Assembly: GCA_030704615.1 (NCBI GenBank)
Contig: CM060734.1
Span: 30,690,001-30,754,000 of the forward strand
Origin: Takakia lepidozioides
Lineage: Eukaryota; Plantae; Bryophyta
DNA length: 64,000 bases
Reading direction: 5' to 3'
A program made the translations under genes and the position numbers. The first letter of the stretch is position 1. Each line of letters opens with the position of its first letter. The notes under the pieces are model-generated. The model saw only the letters and a list, made by a program, of their open reading frames with translations. It ran no database searches and was not told the origin of the DNA. Of this stretch, positions 24,191 through 35,146 are shown piece after piece.

Positions 24191-27126
24191 TCACTGGTCC
24201 CCTGGATCCATATTCAGAAGAGTGTGAACCTCCTGGGGGCTCAACCCTGGTGCATGTATGAAGTGATGAGTTGTGGAATTACAACGGAGTCTCTTTAGGT
24301 ACACGTAGTACAAATGCTTGCGAGGGCAGTATGATGCCCCCTTGTTCGCCATGATCTGGAAGTCGGTGCAATTGCAGGTGGGTAATTCTGAAATGGTGAT
24401 GGTGTACACCTCATTGCGAACAGCTGAGCCCGCCGTGGCCATCTGATACACACGCCCGAATCCTGGTGGGGGCACTTCTGTCGAGCTCTGGATTGTACAG
24501 TTCATCCGAAGTGCATTCCCCATCCTTGTCTCGTTCACTTTTGAGGGAGGTCGCCGCCTCTTCGGTTTCCCCCAACGGTGTGTAGGATGCTTAGAGCTGT
24601 CGTGTCCCATTGTTCTTGCTCTCACAGGGGTTGGTGGTGGAGGCTGTGGAAGCGGAAATGGTTCTCTGGGGACGTCAGTGCGCTGCACCATCCGAAATCC
24701 TGCGGCGGTAAGGGCGTCGGCCTCAACCTGACTCAGATCGCAGCCTGGTTCCACCGGCCACACCGGGGGAGCCTCTGGCATTGTTTGTATGCCGTACTTG
24801 GGCTTTCCATACACGCAAGTCATAATGTCGTGCCTGCAGAACCAGAACTGGGTGGTTGTCGCCTCCGCAAACTTTGGATGGACAAATCTTCCTGTAAAAG
24901 TAGGAGCAGGGACAGCCCCATCTGGATTCCTCCTTATCATCTCTAAACAACGTTGCCGTGTATCCACACGAATTGCGGAACACCTTCCTCGAAACGACGG
25001 CTTTGTGCGAGCAATTCTCCACTGTGATGCAGACACAGTCGTCTCCACAATGGCTTGGCCATACTGCATAACAGCGGGCGGAATGTGGGGCAAGGGAGCG
25101 GTGGGAATTTTTTGCACGAAATCCCCGGTTGAAGGCGACGGCGATCTGGAATTTCTTGGGCTTCCACTGCTGGAAGACACATTGTGCGGCAACATGACGG
25201 GACCTCGAGGTGCTGTCCGAATGTTCCTGTCGGATCTCCAGGAATCCTCTTCGCACCCGGGTTCCTCTTCAATCCTCCGCCTGACAGGGCGAGTCCGGAC
25301 GTCCCCCTCTAGGTGTTCACCTCTGCGGTGCAGAGGCGTCCCTTTGATCTTCTCTCGCAATGTTGTCGCCCATTTCACTGGATTCTTGGACCTCGAAGCT
25401 GTTCGTACCAACAATTCCTCCCTGTCCAGCCCAAAGCCCCATTGTTTGCCGCTCAGGAACTTGTAGTACGTGGCTTGCTGCATGATTGCTCTGTCGATGT
25501 CCTCCGTTGTGGCCGTCACTACGTCCACCAGATGTGCGGCAGAAGACGCTCGCCAGGAGGAGTGGACCGATTCTGCCATATTCGTGTTCGGCATGTCCGT
25601 GTTGGAATCCAAGCACCGCTCCTAGAAGGACACAAACAATGGTGAGGGACCAATCGAAATGTCCGTAACATAAAGACAAATGAACGAAATTGACAGCAGC
25701 CTACCTCTCGCATGTACTGTCCGAACTGTCGATACCGAAAATGCCACCACCCCAACCAGCTGTGCAATGCTCCCAGATTGGTTGTCTCCACTGCACCTGA
25801 CGTGTTCCACCAAGCCTCGATGATAGCAAACTTAACCTCCGCGTCATCAAATTTTGGTGCATCCTTCCACGCCGTACAAAGGACACGGTGTTCAGCCTGG
25901 AATGAGCTAGCAACAAATTTGGTAGTGTAGTGGGATAGACTCTGCATCCAATGGAATCCACAGGATCTCTCTTTCTTCTCCATTGGAACATTGGGGTCCT
26001 CACCGTACACATGCCGCACCGCTGCCCAGTTGGCCTGAGCGTTGTCTGCCATGAATCCCCTGAAATTGGGCTCTGGCAATCCCGCCCTTGCCATCTGCTG
26101 GTTTATGCCCTCCCACATATGCATTTCGGACTGTGTGTCCTCCCCTTTCATCTCGCAGATTGCAATCGTCATGAGCCTCTTGGAGTGATAGTCATAAACA
26201 TGCGCACCCATAGTCACCCACTGATGGTTTGTAATTCGCTTGATGTGATCAAACATCACCCAAGCATTTGACAAGTTTCCAGTTGTCATGCGAGTGACCA
26301 AGTCGACTCCACTCCCAGGCCCACACGTCGACATTTTGAAAATGTAACAACGATCGGATTCGCTGCCTTGCCCTGGAAACCTGCTACCTTGGATGTAGTC
26401 ATATCCTGTCATTCGTTTCACCTCCAGGATTGAGTACATGTCCGACCCCCTGCCGAACTCCTGCTTGCAAGATACGATGTGATTCCGCACATTCGGACTA
26501 CAAACGTGCGAGACGGACTCCAAGAGGTCACGCATCTCGTCTTCGGTCAAGGGCTCTCGGTCGGAACCATCTTCAGACATGATTTTGCCAAGAGCAATCT
26601 TGTGGGCTACCTTCAGCTGAATCTGCTTTGGTCTGGCTCCGGGGCTCAATTTCACCTCCTCTTTTATGATGTCGTGTGCTTCCTGCACAGCCTCACGCAT
26701 GTTGCCTCTCGCCAAGGGGTGGCAGTGGACCCCAACGTGTATGCAAGCTCTAGTCAAGTCCGGGAGCAAATGGATTACGTAATATTGCTTGGCTCTGCAC
26801 ATGGACATGCACGTCGGTGGTTCTTTGCAATGTGCACACTTGAAAGAACCCGCAGGAGCTTGGCTGGAGACAATGAATGGATGATGCGTTGTGCCAGTCC
26901 AATCCGTCTCGTTTCTCCGCCCTCCTTTGGAGAGAAAGTGGAAGCAGGTGGGATTGAGGCACCTCAGCTTCCCCGCACAGAGGACATATCGTACACGAAC
27001 ACCATCAGCAATTTTCGTGCTGGACGGGCAGCCAAGTTGGCATACATGAAGACCATGGAGGGTCTGAAGGGCAGAGCACTGAAGAAGGCGACTACCGAAG
27101 AGCCTTCCGACACCCCAGGATATCAT
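24191..27126 (-). CDS. MULE transposase: GCM/WRKY-like Zn domain, DDE core, C-terminal SWIM; 2 exons (27126-25705, 25621-24191), probably 5'-truncated near 27035
   Basis: 'CAGKLRCLNPTC...CAHC...C...HVGVHCHP', 'VMFDH' (D1), 'FMADNAQA' (D2), 'CGFH' (CxxH), 'TNMAESVH' (E), SWIM 'CNC...PRKH'. GT-AG intron 25704-25622 joins the exons in frame (~950 codons). Confidence 0.88.
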
Positions 27127-28711
27127 AATATGGTCTCATTCTTTGAGAGGGTGTGTGCAGACAAGGATTGTAGGAGGGGCGGAAATGCCACCGAGTGGTC
27201 TTGCGATATGATCATCTTGGATATTCCGGACGGAGAGCCTGTGGAAGGACTGCAAGCTTTGCCATCTTGGAACAGGTACTCGGAGGACTTTTGGAAGAAA
27301 GGATTCGGGCTTGCCCGCATGGTGTTGGACGACAGAGGCTGTGTGGTTGTCCTGGCGAGCAGAGGAAAAAACACTCAGACAGGAATTGCGAAGTGGACCC
27401 GGAAGAGCGTCGTCCCGATTCTGAAAAAGAAGTGGATGTGCATCAACACACTGGGCCTTCGGTCGGAAGGGAAGAAGGTGATTACGACACTGGCACTCGT
27501 CCATTCATTTGCTTGGGTATTTTCAAATGCGGTGCCGCATTCGGTTTCTAATCGTTTTCCCCCTGTGTATGCAGACGAAGCAGTTCGATGCATACTGCTT
27601 TGTGAAGGAGAACTCCACCTTTGCTTTCCGGAAGGAGGGAGGAAAGGTTGACCCGAACTGCGACCCACTCGATTACGACGTTCTGTTCAACAACGTTCCC
27701 AAGGAACTTCTCCCTCATAGCCTCACTTCAACGGAACCCCTGCGGTACTCACGGACTCGGAGCCCTGCCTTCATTCAGACAATTATGGAGACATGCACAA
27801 ACGTGGAGGGCACAGTGCTCGACCTCATCTGTGGGATAGGTATGCAGAATCTTGATCTATGCTGTTCTGCAAATTCTCGTTAGGATGTAGTTCGCAACAT
27901 CTGAAGCGCCATGTGGTAATGTGTGGATGGCATTGTAACAGGTGCCTCAATGTGGGCTGGGCGGTTTTCCGACCGGCACCTCTTTGCCTACGAGGAGGAT
28001 TCATCCGTGTGGGGATCCCATCTGGAAGGGCTGCAACGGAATGTTAAGGCTCCCGACAGAGCGGAAGTCTCCTCGGATTCGTCGGAGTCCGAGGAAGACA
28101 CAGTGGACATTGATGCGGAGGAGAACGCGGAATACGAGTGAGTGCAAACATTGTAAGTTTGCAAAGCCTTCTGGGTCATTTATGTCAAACGAATTTCCCG
28201 ACTGTGGTTCTCATTAGTCTCGTTGATGATTGTCATGTGCAGGATTGCAGGGTCCGGGTCGAAACATGTAGGGCCTACACTTCCTGCCAGGAAGAATGTC
28301 CCGTTCTTTGCGAGGGCCGACTTCATGACGAGCCCGGTGAGGGACTACTCCCTTCCTAGTTATGCAGCTAAACTCGCAAATACAGCGATTAGAAGAAGTG
28401 AGAATCCCAGTAAAGTAGAGCAGATTTTGGAGAGGGCTAGGGAGGACAGAAGGATAAGGAAAGAGTTGGCAGCAGCTCAGACAGGTAGACGGGTACGAAA
28501 GTACATATGTGATTCAGCGGATGAGAGCGACGCAGACAGGGAGGAAGACGACCCAACGGAGGTGAGATGGACAGTTCCGCAAGGGGAAGATGGGATTTTC
28601 GAAAGCCTGGCCAACGAGCAGTCCGCTGGAGATGAGAAAGGCACTGAGGGGGTGGAGGCGGAGCAGGACAGTCTAGAACAGGATGAGGATTCGGATGATT
28701 TTCAAGATTAA
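27046..28711 (+). CDS. Beta-class DNA N4-cytosine/N6-adenine methyltransferase-like protein with acidic tail; exons 27046-27477, 27575-27839, 27942-28137, 28243-28711 (453 aa, probably N-truncated)
   Basis: Motif IV-like 'DMIILDIPDG' and motif VI-like 'RMVLDDRGCVVV' precede motif X/I/II-like 'RTRSPAFIQTIMETCTNVEGTVLDLICGIGASMWAGRFSDRHLFAYEED'. Three GT-AG introns splice in frame without stops. Confidence 0.72.
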
Positions 28712-28844
28712 TAGAATTTTAATGAAGTCTCTGTAAATGTAAATTCTCTTCCAGAGTATATAAAGGAAATTCTGCCAGACATTCGTGACCCCTCTCCAGT
28801 GTGCATTCCAGCCACACAATCGCTCAAACCACGACGCTCCCAAA

Positions 28845-29585
28845 ATCAGAAATGGGGCACCGCATTTCCAAAATTTTGGCAACTCTAAGAACCTCTTTTG
28901 GAAATGCGGCACCGCATTTCCAAAACAGGGGAGGGACTAAATTTTCCATTTCAATGTTGGCATAGTAAAAAGTAATCGGCCGATTGGAAATGCGGTGCCG
29001 CATTTCCAAAATTTCCTTTGTCCACACGCCAGTTTTGGCCTCTCCCGCTCATTGCATGGATGCCACCACGCTTACAGAGGTCGAACAAGGAGGTCGAACA
29101 AGGAGGTCAAGATGGCGGAATTGAAAATGCGGTGCCGCATTTCCATATTGGGGATGGTCGTTGTTCGAACTGCAGGCCCATCACCAAAAATTGGCACCGC
29201 ATTCCATTGTAAAAAAAAAGTCGATGACGGACATGGAAATGCGGCGCCGCATTTCCAGAACGGACATCGCAATTTGTCCATTTGCAGACCCTCTCACGGA
29301 AATGCGGTAACGCATTCCATCGCGTTGGTCGGAAATGTCACACTTTTTGAAGTGTTGGACGGAAATGCGGCACCGCATTCCCTTGTCCAAAAAGAAGTTT
29401 CCATTGCCAAGCTGGAAATGCGTCGCCGCATTTGCAATGCCAACCTCGTTGTCTGTCCAATTTATAGACCCGTGTTGGTATTTCGTGTACCTGGACGGAA
29501 ATGATGCACCGCATTTCCTTGTCCCACATGGAAATGCGGTGCCGCATTTCATTGTCCCACATGGAAATGCGGCGCCGCATTTCAA
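28845..29585. repeat. Array of palindromes GGAAATGCGGCGCCGCATTTCC (MULE-2-specific)
   Basis: 12 copies in this stretch, with further copies near 23455, 23830, 23918, 27525 (intron) and 30684. Confidence 0.92.
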
Positions 29586-29840
29586 TGTCCGACATGGCGT
29601 TACTCTGGTATATTCTTGACACATGACTCACATACCGGTTACTCTGCAATATTCATCCGGACAGACACATTGTAGAAATGAGACATCAAATTGTAAACAG
29701 TGGGCCAATTCCGACAGTTATTCAACAGAATGAAACACAATCACACAGAAGTGAGGTACGATGGGTTTATTGATCGGACACGATGTCTCACATTTACCAA
29801 CTGAAGAGAAAACTAAGCCCTTCCTCCTTCTATATGGGCT

Positions 29841-30402
29841 TCACCAAGTCGACGGAACTTCGATACCCCTCAAAACAAGCTCATCACTGCTGCGGCACCT
29901 CGAGGTAAACTGCAATTCGGTCGTTCTGCTGCCCTTGCTGGAGCCGACGACAATGTCATGTCCATCAATGATACCACCATCATACATTGACAAGGTCACT
30001 GTGGGCCTCATGTGCCCGTGCGATTCGTCTTCGCAACTCAGCCGATGTCTCCATACACTGGAAGAGCGGAGTGATCTGCACGTATATAGTTTTCCCCGGT
30101 GCCGTCCTCCCTGGTCCACTGGCAGCAGAGGCCGTGCGTGATCTGTCCGGCATCCCTTTCCAGCTTGGTATATCAAGGTCAACAATTTTCAGGACCCACG
30201 GACCGCATTGACCCTCGCCCTCACCTCGCTCAAAGCGGTAATAGCCCTCCAGATACTCCATTGCGCGCAAAGACTCTTGCTTGATTCCAGCAGCGTCTGT
30301 GAAAACAGAGAGCCAGACAATGATGTCTCCTGATTTTGGTTTGAACATAGCATAATCGTGGCCATGATAAGGGCAGTCGGCTGGATTTCGGCGGCACGGC
30401 AT
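29841..30402 (-). pseudogene. ORF-X copy 2 (frameshifted near 30110-30130)
   Basis: 'MPCRRNPADCP...SGDIIVWL...LRAMEYLEG...PWVLKIVDLDIP...RSRTA', then in another frame 'VTLSMYDGGIIDGHDIVV...ELVLRGIEVPSTW'. Confidence 0.75.
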
Positions 30403-30933
30403 CCTTGAAAAAGAGTAGCGGAGTACGCTCAATGACAGCAGCTCCCGGATGGAGGAGGAGCAGCGCGGTGGCTGGAAAAAGTTCAAGCTAACGCTGCAAT
30501 TCCTCACAAACACTCCAGGGCACATTTAAATTTCCCCCCTACAGGATCCTGGACCGATGAAGATTGGCTGCTTCATGAATGTAGCCGTTTCAATTTCCTA
30601 CCGTGCCATGTAAACTATGGGCACTCACTGCCAGGTGGGCCGATAGCCACTGGACACGACGAAGTCCATCCCCTCTTTGATGTAAATGCGGCGCCGAATT
30701 TCCATCCGGGGGGATGGACTTCGGTGGCAGATCTCAAACTATAACTTCTTGATGAGAAAGATGTATGGGTTCATCCACCTCCGTCGGTGGGTACGTGGGA
30801 CCCAGATGCTCCATTATTGGAGGCCGGACTGCTCTTCCGCTTCGCATCATTTCCAAAATCTAAGGGCTTCGTAGCTGTCCGCAAGGTCATTGTCATCTGC
30901 ATCCAAGTCGTCCTCAGGTCCTCCTTTGCAAGG

Positions 30934-31497
30934 ATGCCGTGCTTCCGGAACCGGGACGACTGCCCATTTGGAGGCATCAATTATGCAATGTATTCGGCCA
31001 CATCGGGAGACATTGTTATCTGGTACACAGATTACACAGAAGATACTGGTTCGATTGTGGAAACATTGGTGGCTTTTGAGTATATCGTAGGCCACTACGC
31101 CTTCGAGCGGGGTGACGATCTTGGTCTGAGGAGTCCGTGGCTCCTGCGCATCCTCGATTCCGATTTTCCCAGCTACGACGGTCACCCATGCAGAAGAAGG
31201 CGCACTGCTATGCTGTTGCGGTGGAACTGCTGCCACTGGACGTGGGTGGACTCCATCGGAGAGACCTATTCTCCTCAAGGAGTGCGCTCCTCTTCTCCAT
31301 TGTATGGGGACATTCGCATTGGTGTGGACGACGAAAACGTGAAGATTTCCATATTCGATGGTGGTATGATTGAAGGGCAGGACATTGTGGTGAACATCAC
31401 TAGGGGCGGTACAACGGCTGCAATCGACTTTACATGGAGGAGCCCCATGACTCATGAGCTAGTTCTGAGAGCAGTCGAAGTCCCATTGACAACGTGA
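30934..31497 (+). CDS. ORF-X copy 3 (187 aa)
   Basis: Intact ORF 'MPCFRNRDDCP...SGDIVIW...PWLLRILDSDFP...RTAMLLRWNCCHWTW...GGMIEGQDIVV...RAVEVP', homologous to copies 1 and 2. Confidence 0.78.
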   Translation: MPCFRNRDDCPFGGINYAMYSATSGDIVIWYTDYTEDTGSIVETLVAFEYIVGHYAFERGDDLGLRSPWLLRILDSDFPSYDGHPCRRRRTAMLLRWNCCHWTWVDSIGETYSPQGVRSSSPLYGDIRIGVDDENVKISIFDGGMIEGQDIVVNITRGGTTAAIDFTWRSPMTHELVLRAVEVPLTT

Positions 31498-31943
31498 CTT
31501 GTATTCAATAGGCACATGGCTAAAGATTTGATTGCACAATCAGCACAGTAGACGTGCTTCAAATGCAATTCATGTGGATCAATAAAAACCTCATTGTGCC
31601 CTCTTTTTATTCTATTCTGTGTCCATCGTTCCTAGAATGCGTCATTGCTCATTTCGTTTGGGATTGGGAGTGTGGGTGGATTTTGCAAGTGGCTGGTAGG
31701 CTGAAATGGGCCCCCATTGTACAGAGCAGTACCACCCTACCATTCGCGAAACATTGCCTTTCAATATATAATTCTAAATAACATTGCCGAACCTCCTTCA
31801 TCGGGAGGTCCTTCTCCCCCTATGACCGTGGCACCCTAAACCCTATTCCCGCGGACACTCATTTCCGGAAAATAGTGCTGCTCATGTTTTTTTCCACACT
31901 TACGACTCTGCTCATGGCTCATGCCGCTCATGGCTCATGGCTC

Positions 31944-32847
31944 TGTTAGAGGACTGTAGGGGACTTAGACACTTATACGGGATCTGTAGGGTACCCTTAA
32001 TTTTTGCACAGACTGAGACAAACAGGAACCTTAGGGGTGACAGCAGCGCACTGTAGAGGGGGGTTACATAGCCCACACAGCCGACACAGCAGTCACAGCC
32101 CACACAGCCGTCACAGCCCACACAGCCCACACAGCCCGTCACAGTCGTCACAGCAGACACATCCCACACAGCCAGTCACAGCCCGGCACAGCCACACAGC
32201 CAGTCACAGCCCGACACAGCCAAACACAGCCAGTCACCGCTTGACACAGCTGTCACGATAATAGGGAACGAAGAGTAGGACAGGGAACGACTGTGGGGAA
32301 CAACACCAGTGAAGGGAACATGTTAGTTCACATACGACGGTTAGAGAGGGAAACGGTTAGAACCGCGGATAGGAGGATAAAGGGAAGAACGGGGAATGAT
32401 GAAGGGATCATTATTATCATTATTCGGGGAGGACTTCGGAGTCAGGCGGGAGCGGAAGTCGGTGAGCACGATGAAGGAGGAAAGAGGATTAGTAGATGCT
32501 TGTTATATGCAAAGCTGTAGGGATATTGTAGAGGAGAATAGAGACACAATGGCTTCGGCCTGATACCTGATAAATCATAATCTGATACTTATACGATACA
32601 ATCACACTGTGTAGAGAGATCTGAGTGAAGCTGTGGATTGAATGGAGGAGTGAAGGAAACCGATAAATTGATGAAGCAAACTGATACTTAATTATCAATG
32701 GTAAGGTAGCTAAGATGAATGCGGAAAAGGAAACAAATAGGAAACACCCCCATGATACACTAGCTGTAGGTCATGACTGATTGTTCTGCGCGGGCTGAGT
32801 ACTTAGAGATTTCCAACTCTTCTATCTTGGAGTTTCCGCCTCGGATA
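31944..32847 (+). mobile_element. 5' LTR of family A, lacking the last ~33 bp and the PBS
   Basis: Begins TGTTAGAGGACTG; matches the other LTR-A copies to ...CGCCTCGGATA, then jumps into gag-coding sequence. Confidence 0.85.
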
Positions 32848-32863
32848 AGAAAGATTAAGGGAA

Positions 32864-35146
32864 TTGGTACAGGAAGAAGATCAATCACGAGGTGAAAGAT
32901 CTGAGGTACATCCTTGGATAAAGGACTTGACAGAAATCTTTGATAAGAGTTGGCATGGAACACCAAAAGCAGGAACTCCAGTTTCTGAAGCAGAAGATGA
33001 AGAAGGAGATGAGGATGTGGCAGAGCCAACGGAGAGTTCAGACTCTCCAACACCATTACAGTTGAGTTACATGAGTGAAGAAGAAACCCAAGGGCAGAAC
33101 TTGGAGGATGAAAACAGAGAGAAGAAATTAGAAGAGGAAGAATATGAAGAAGTAGACCCAACAGCTGAGGTTGAGACTACAACCAGGACATCCCAACCCG
33201 TTGGACCTGGATCAAGTGGAGCACTTGGATCACAGGCCAACGAAGGTGTCGGCTCAGGGGGATCAGGCGGGCTGCCTGGATCTGGCTCTGGGGGGACAGG
33301 GAGTGTGGGAAGTAGTGCAACTGAAGCTGGGAATACTGTGAATATCGTGGGGCCAGAAGCAGGGAGTGCTCAAGGGCCACCACTTGGTGGAAGATCCACC
33401 ACAAAAACAACAGGTCCAGAAGGACCAGCACCAGCAAGGGTGCCAGCACCTGTCAGTGGGCAGAAGGTAGGGCCACAGATGGCGTTACAACCAACACGGG
33501 CAAAACCACCCTTTCCAATATATTCAGGAAAAGGGGATCCCGATGTACACATTAGCCAATTTGAGCACATGTGTATAGTGAACAATGAGAATGGCGATGA
33601 TGCCAAGATGAGACTGTTTCCTTGTTCACTTATCAAGAAAGCAAGTGAATGGTATGCAAGATTCCCTGATAATCATTTCCTAACCTGGAATGGCTTGAAT
33701 ACAGCATTTCGAAATAGGTTCAGGACAAGTAAAACTGAGGATGAAGTGTATGGAAGTTTACAACAGCTGAAGCAGAAGAAGCATGAAACTGTTGAAGAGT
33801 ATATGGAGAAGATGGAATTGATGATGAAAAAGCTGGCTGCAGTACCAGCACCCGGTTTACAGAAGACTTGGTTTGTGAGTGGACTAAGACCAGAGTTGCA
33901 GAAGAAAGTGGATATGTTACCCCATAATACAGTGGAGGAGGCATTTGAAACTGCAAACAGAATTGAGCAATTGGGAATGCTCAGGAGAGAGAAAAAGGAA
34001 GATGAGGACTCTGAAGAAGAGTCAGATGAAGAAGAAGAGCAAGAACTAAAAAGAAAGAGTAAGAGAAAGGAAAAGTTGAAGAGGGATAACTATGAGAAAA
34101 GATTGGAAGAAATCTTGAAGAAGTATGCCACAGAGGCTGCAACACATTGGAGGAAGGGTGTATGGTGTGCAAAGTGCCAGAATGAAGGCCATACCACTAC
34201 AGAATGCCACATGAAGGAGAAACACTGTACTATCTGTAAAATGGATAACCATTCTACTGAGAATTGTTACTACAACAGAAGGACAGCTGCAAGAGAACCT
34301 AGGCAAGTAAGGGTGCATCAGGTGCAGCCCCAGCCAAGAAGAAGCAATGATCAGGACCACTATGGTAGGTCTGGTGGTTATAACAATGGCATGGAAGGGA
34401 GAGGTAATCCAAGAGGGAATTACCAAGGAAATTCCAGAGGCAACTATCAGGGTAATCCAAGGGGGAATTACCAGCCCGGGAATCAGGATTATAGAAATAA
34501 TCCAAGACCAGACCAAGGGCGAGGACCCAATGGTGAAGAGCTATGTTACTATTGTAATCAGCCAGGACATCGCAAGGCAGCCTGTTCATTCTGGATAAGA
34601 CACCAGAATGAGATGAGAGCTCCTGTGAATGAGGGCCCAGTGGTGGCAGCTCACATGGTTAGGCCATGTGTTGTACCAGAAGTAAGTACAATGATAGTAA
34701 CAAGAAGTAAAGCCAAACTAATACCTCCAGTAGAAGAGGAAGAAGATGAGACTGGAAGTGGCAATGATATGCCTGAAGATGAAGAGACTTGGAAGGATGA
34801 GAAGGAACTGCACAAGGAAGTGGCAGATACTATAAGGGAAATGCAAAAGAGTACTGATATTCCTGTGGCAGATTCCTCTGATTCGGATGGAGAAAAAGAG
34901 GGGAGTGAGGAAGAAAGGAAAAAAGAAGATGCAGACATGCAAAGTAATGAAGAGACTTTGGCTGAAGTAATATGTCAGACCAAAGCAGAAATTACCATTG
35001 GACAGCTATTAGCTGTGGCACCTTATTGTAGGCACAGGCTGTATCAGGCAATCAATCGAATTGCCCAAGAGACAGGAAACACAGACCTGAACAGCAAGGT
35101 GACCAGTTATAATGTGAAGCCGGAAGGGCGAGAACTAGGTACGTAG
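32864..35146 (+). pseudogene. Gypsy-type gag, presumably of LTR family A (truncated before protease)
   Basis: Retrotransposon gag core 'YSGKGDPDVHISQF...LFPCSL...EWY...F..GL', three CCHC knuckles and NYQGNPRG repeats; no pol follows. Confidence 0.85.

Larger units (their letters stand above)
23337..31943. mobile_element. Mutator-like DNA transposon MULE-2 (right terminus cut by an LTR-A insertion)
   Basis: Starts GAGGTTTACTATTTCATGAGC, identical to the MULE-1 right terminus, followed by CATGAGC repeats. Inverted GCTCATG repeats at 31880-31943 run directly into TGTTAGAG (LTR-A). Encodes a MULE transposase. Confidence 0.88.

Noticed and set aside
26479-27045. N-terminal part of the 390-aa + strand ORF as real protein
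   Set aside because: It is the antisense shadow of the transposase; MTase-like similarity starts only after ~27046.
27046-28711. Bacterial contamination as the source of the methyltransferase-like gene
   Set aside because: It has spliceosomal introns conserved in two copies and lies inside TIR-bounded elements nested in a plant retrotransposon.
28845-29585. CRISPR array or protein-coding repeats (ORFs 28995-29504, 29181-29624)
   Set aside because: Spacing is irregular, and the ORFs are translations of the palindrome (MRRRIS, CGAAFP) on both strands.
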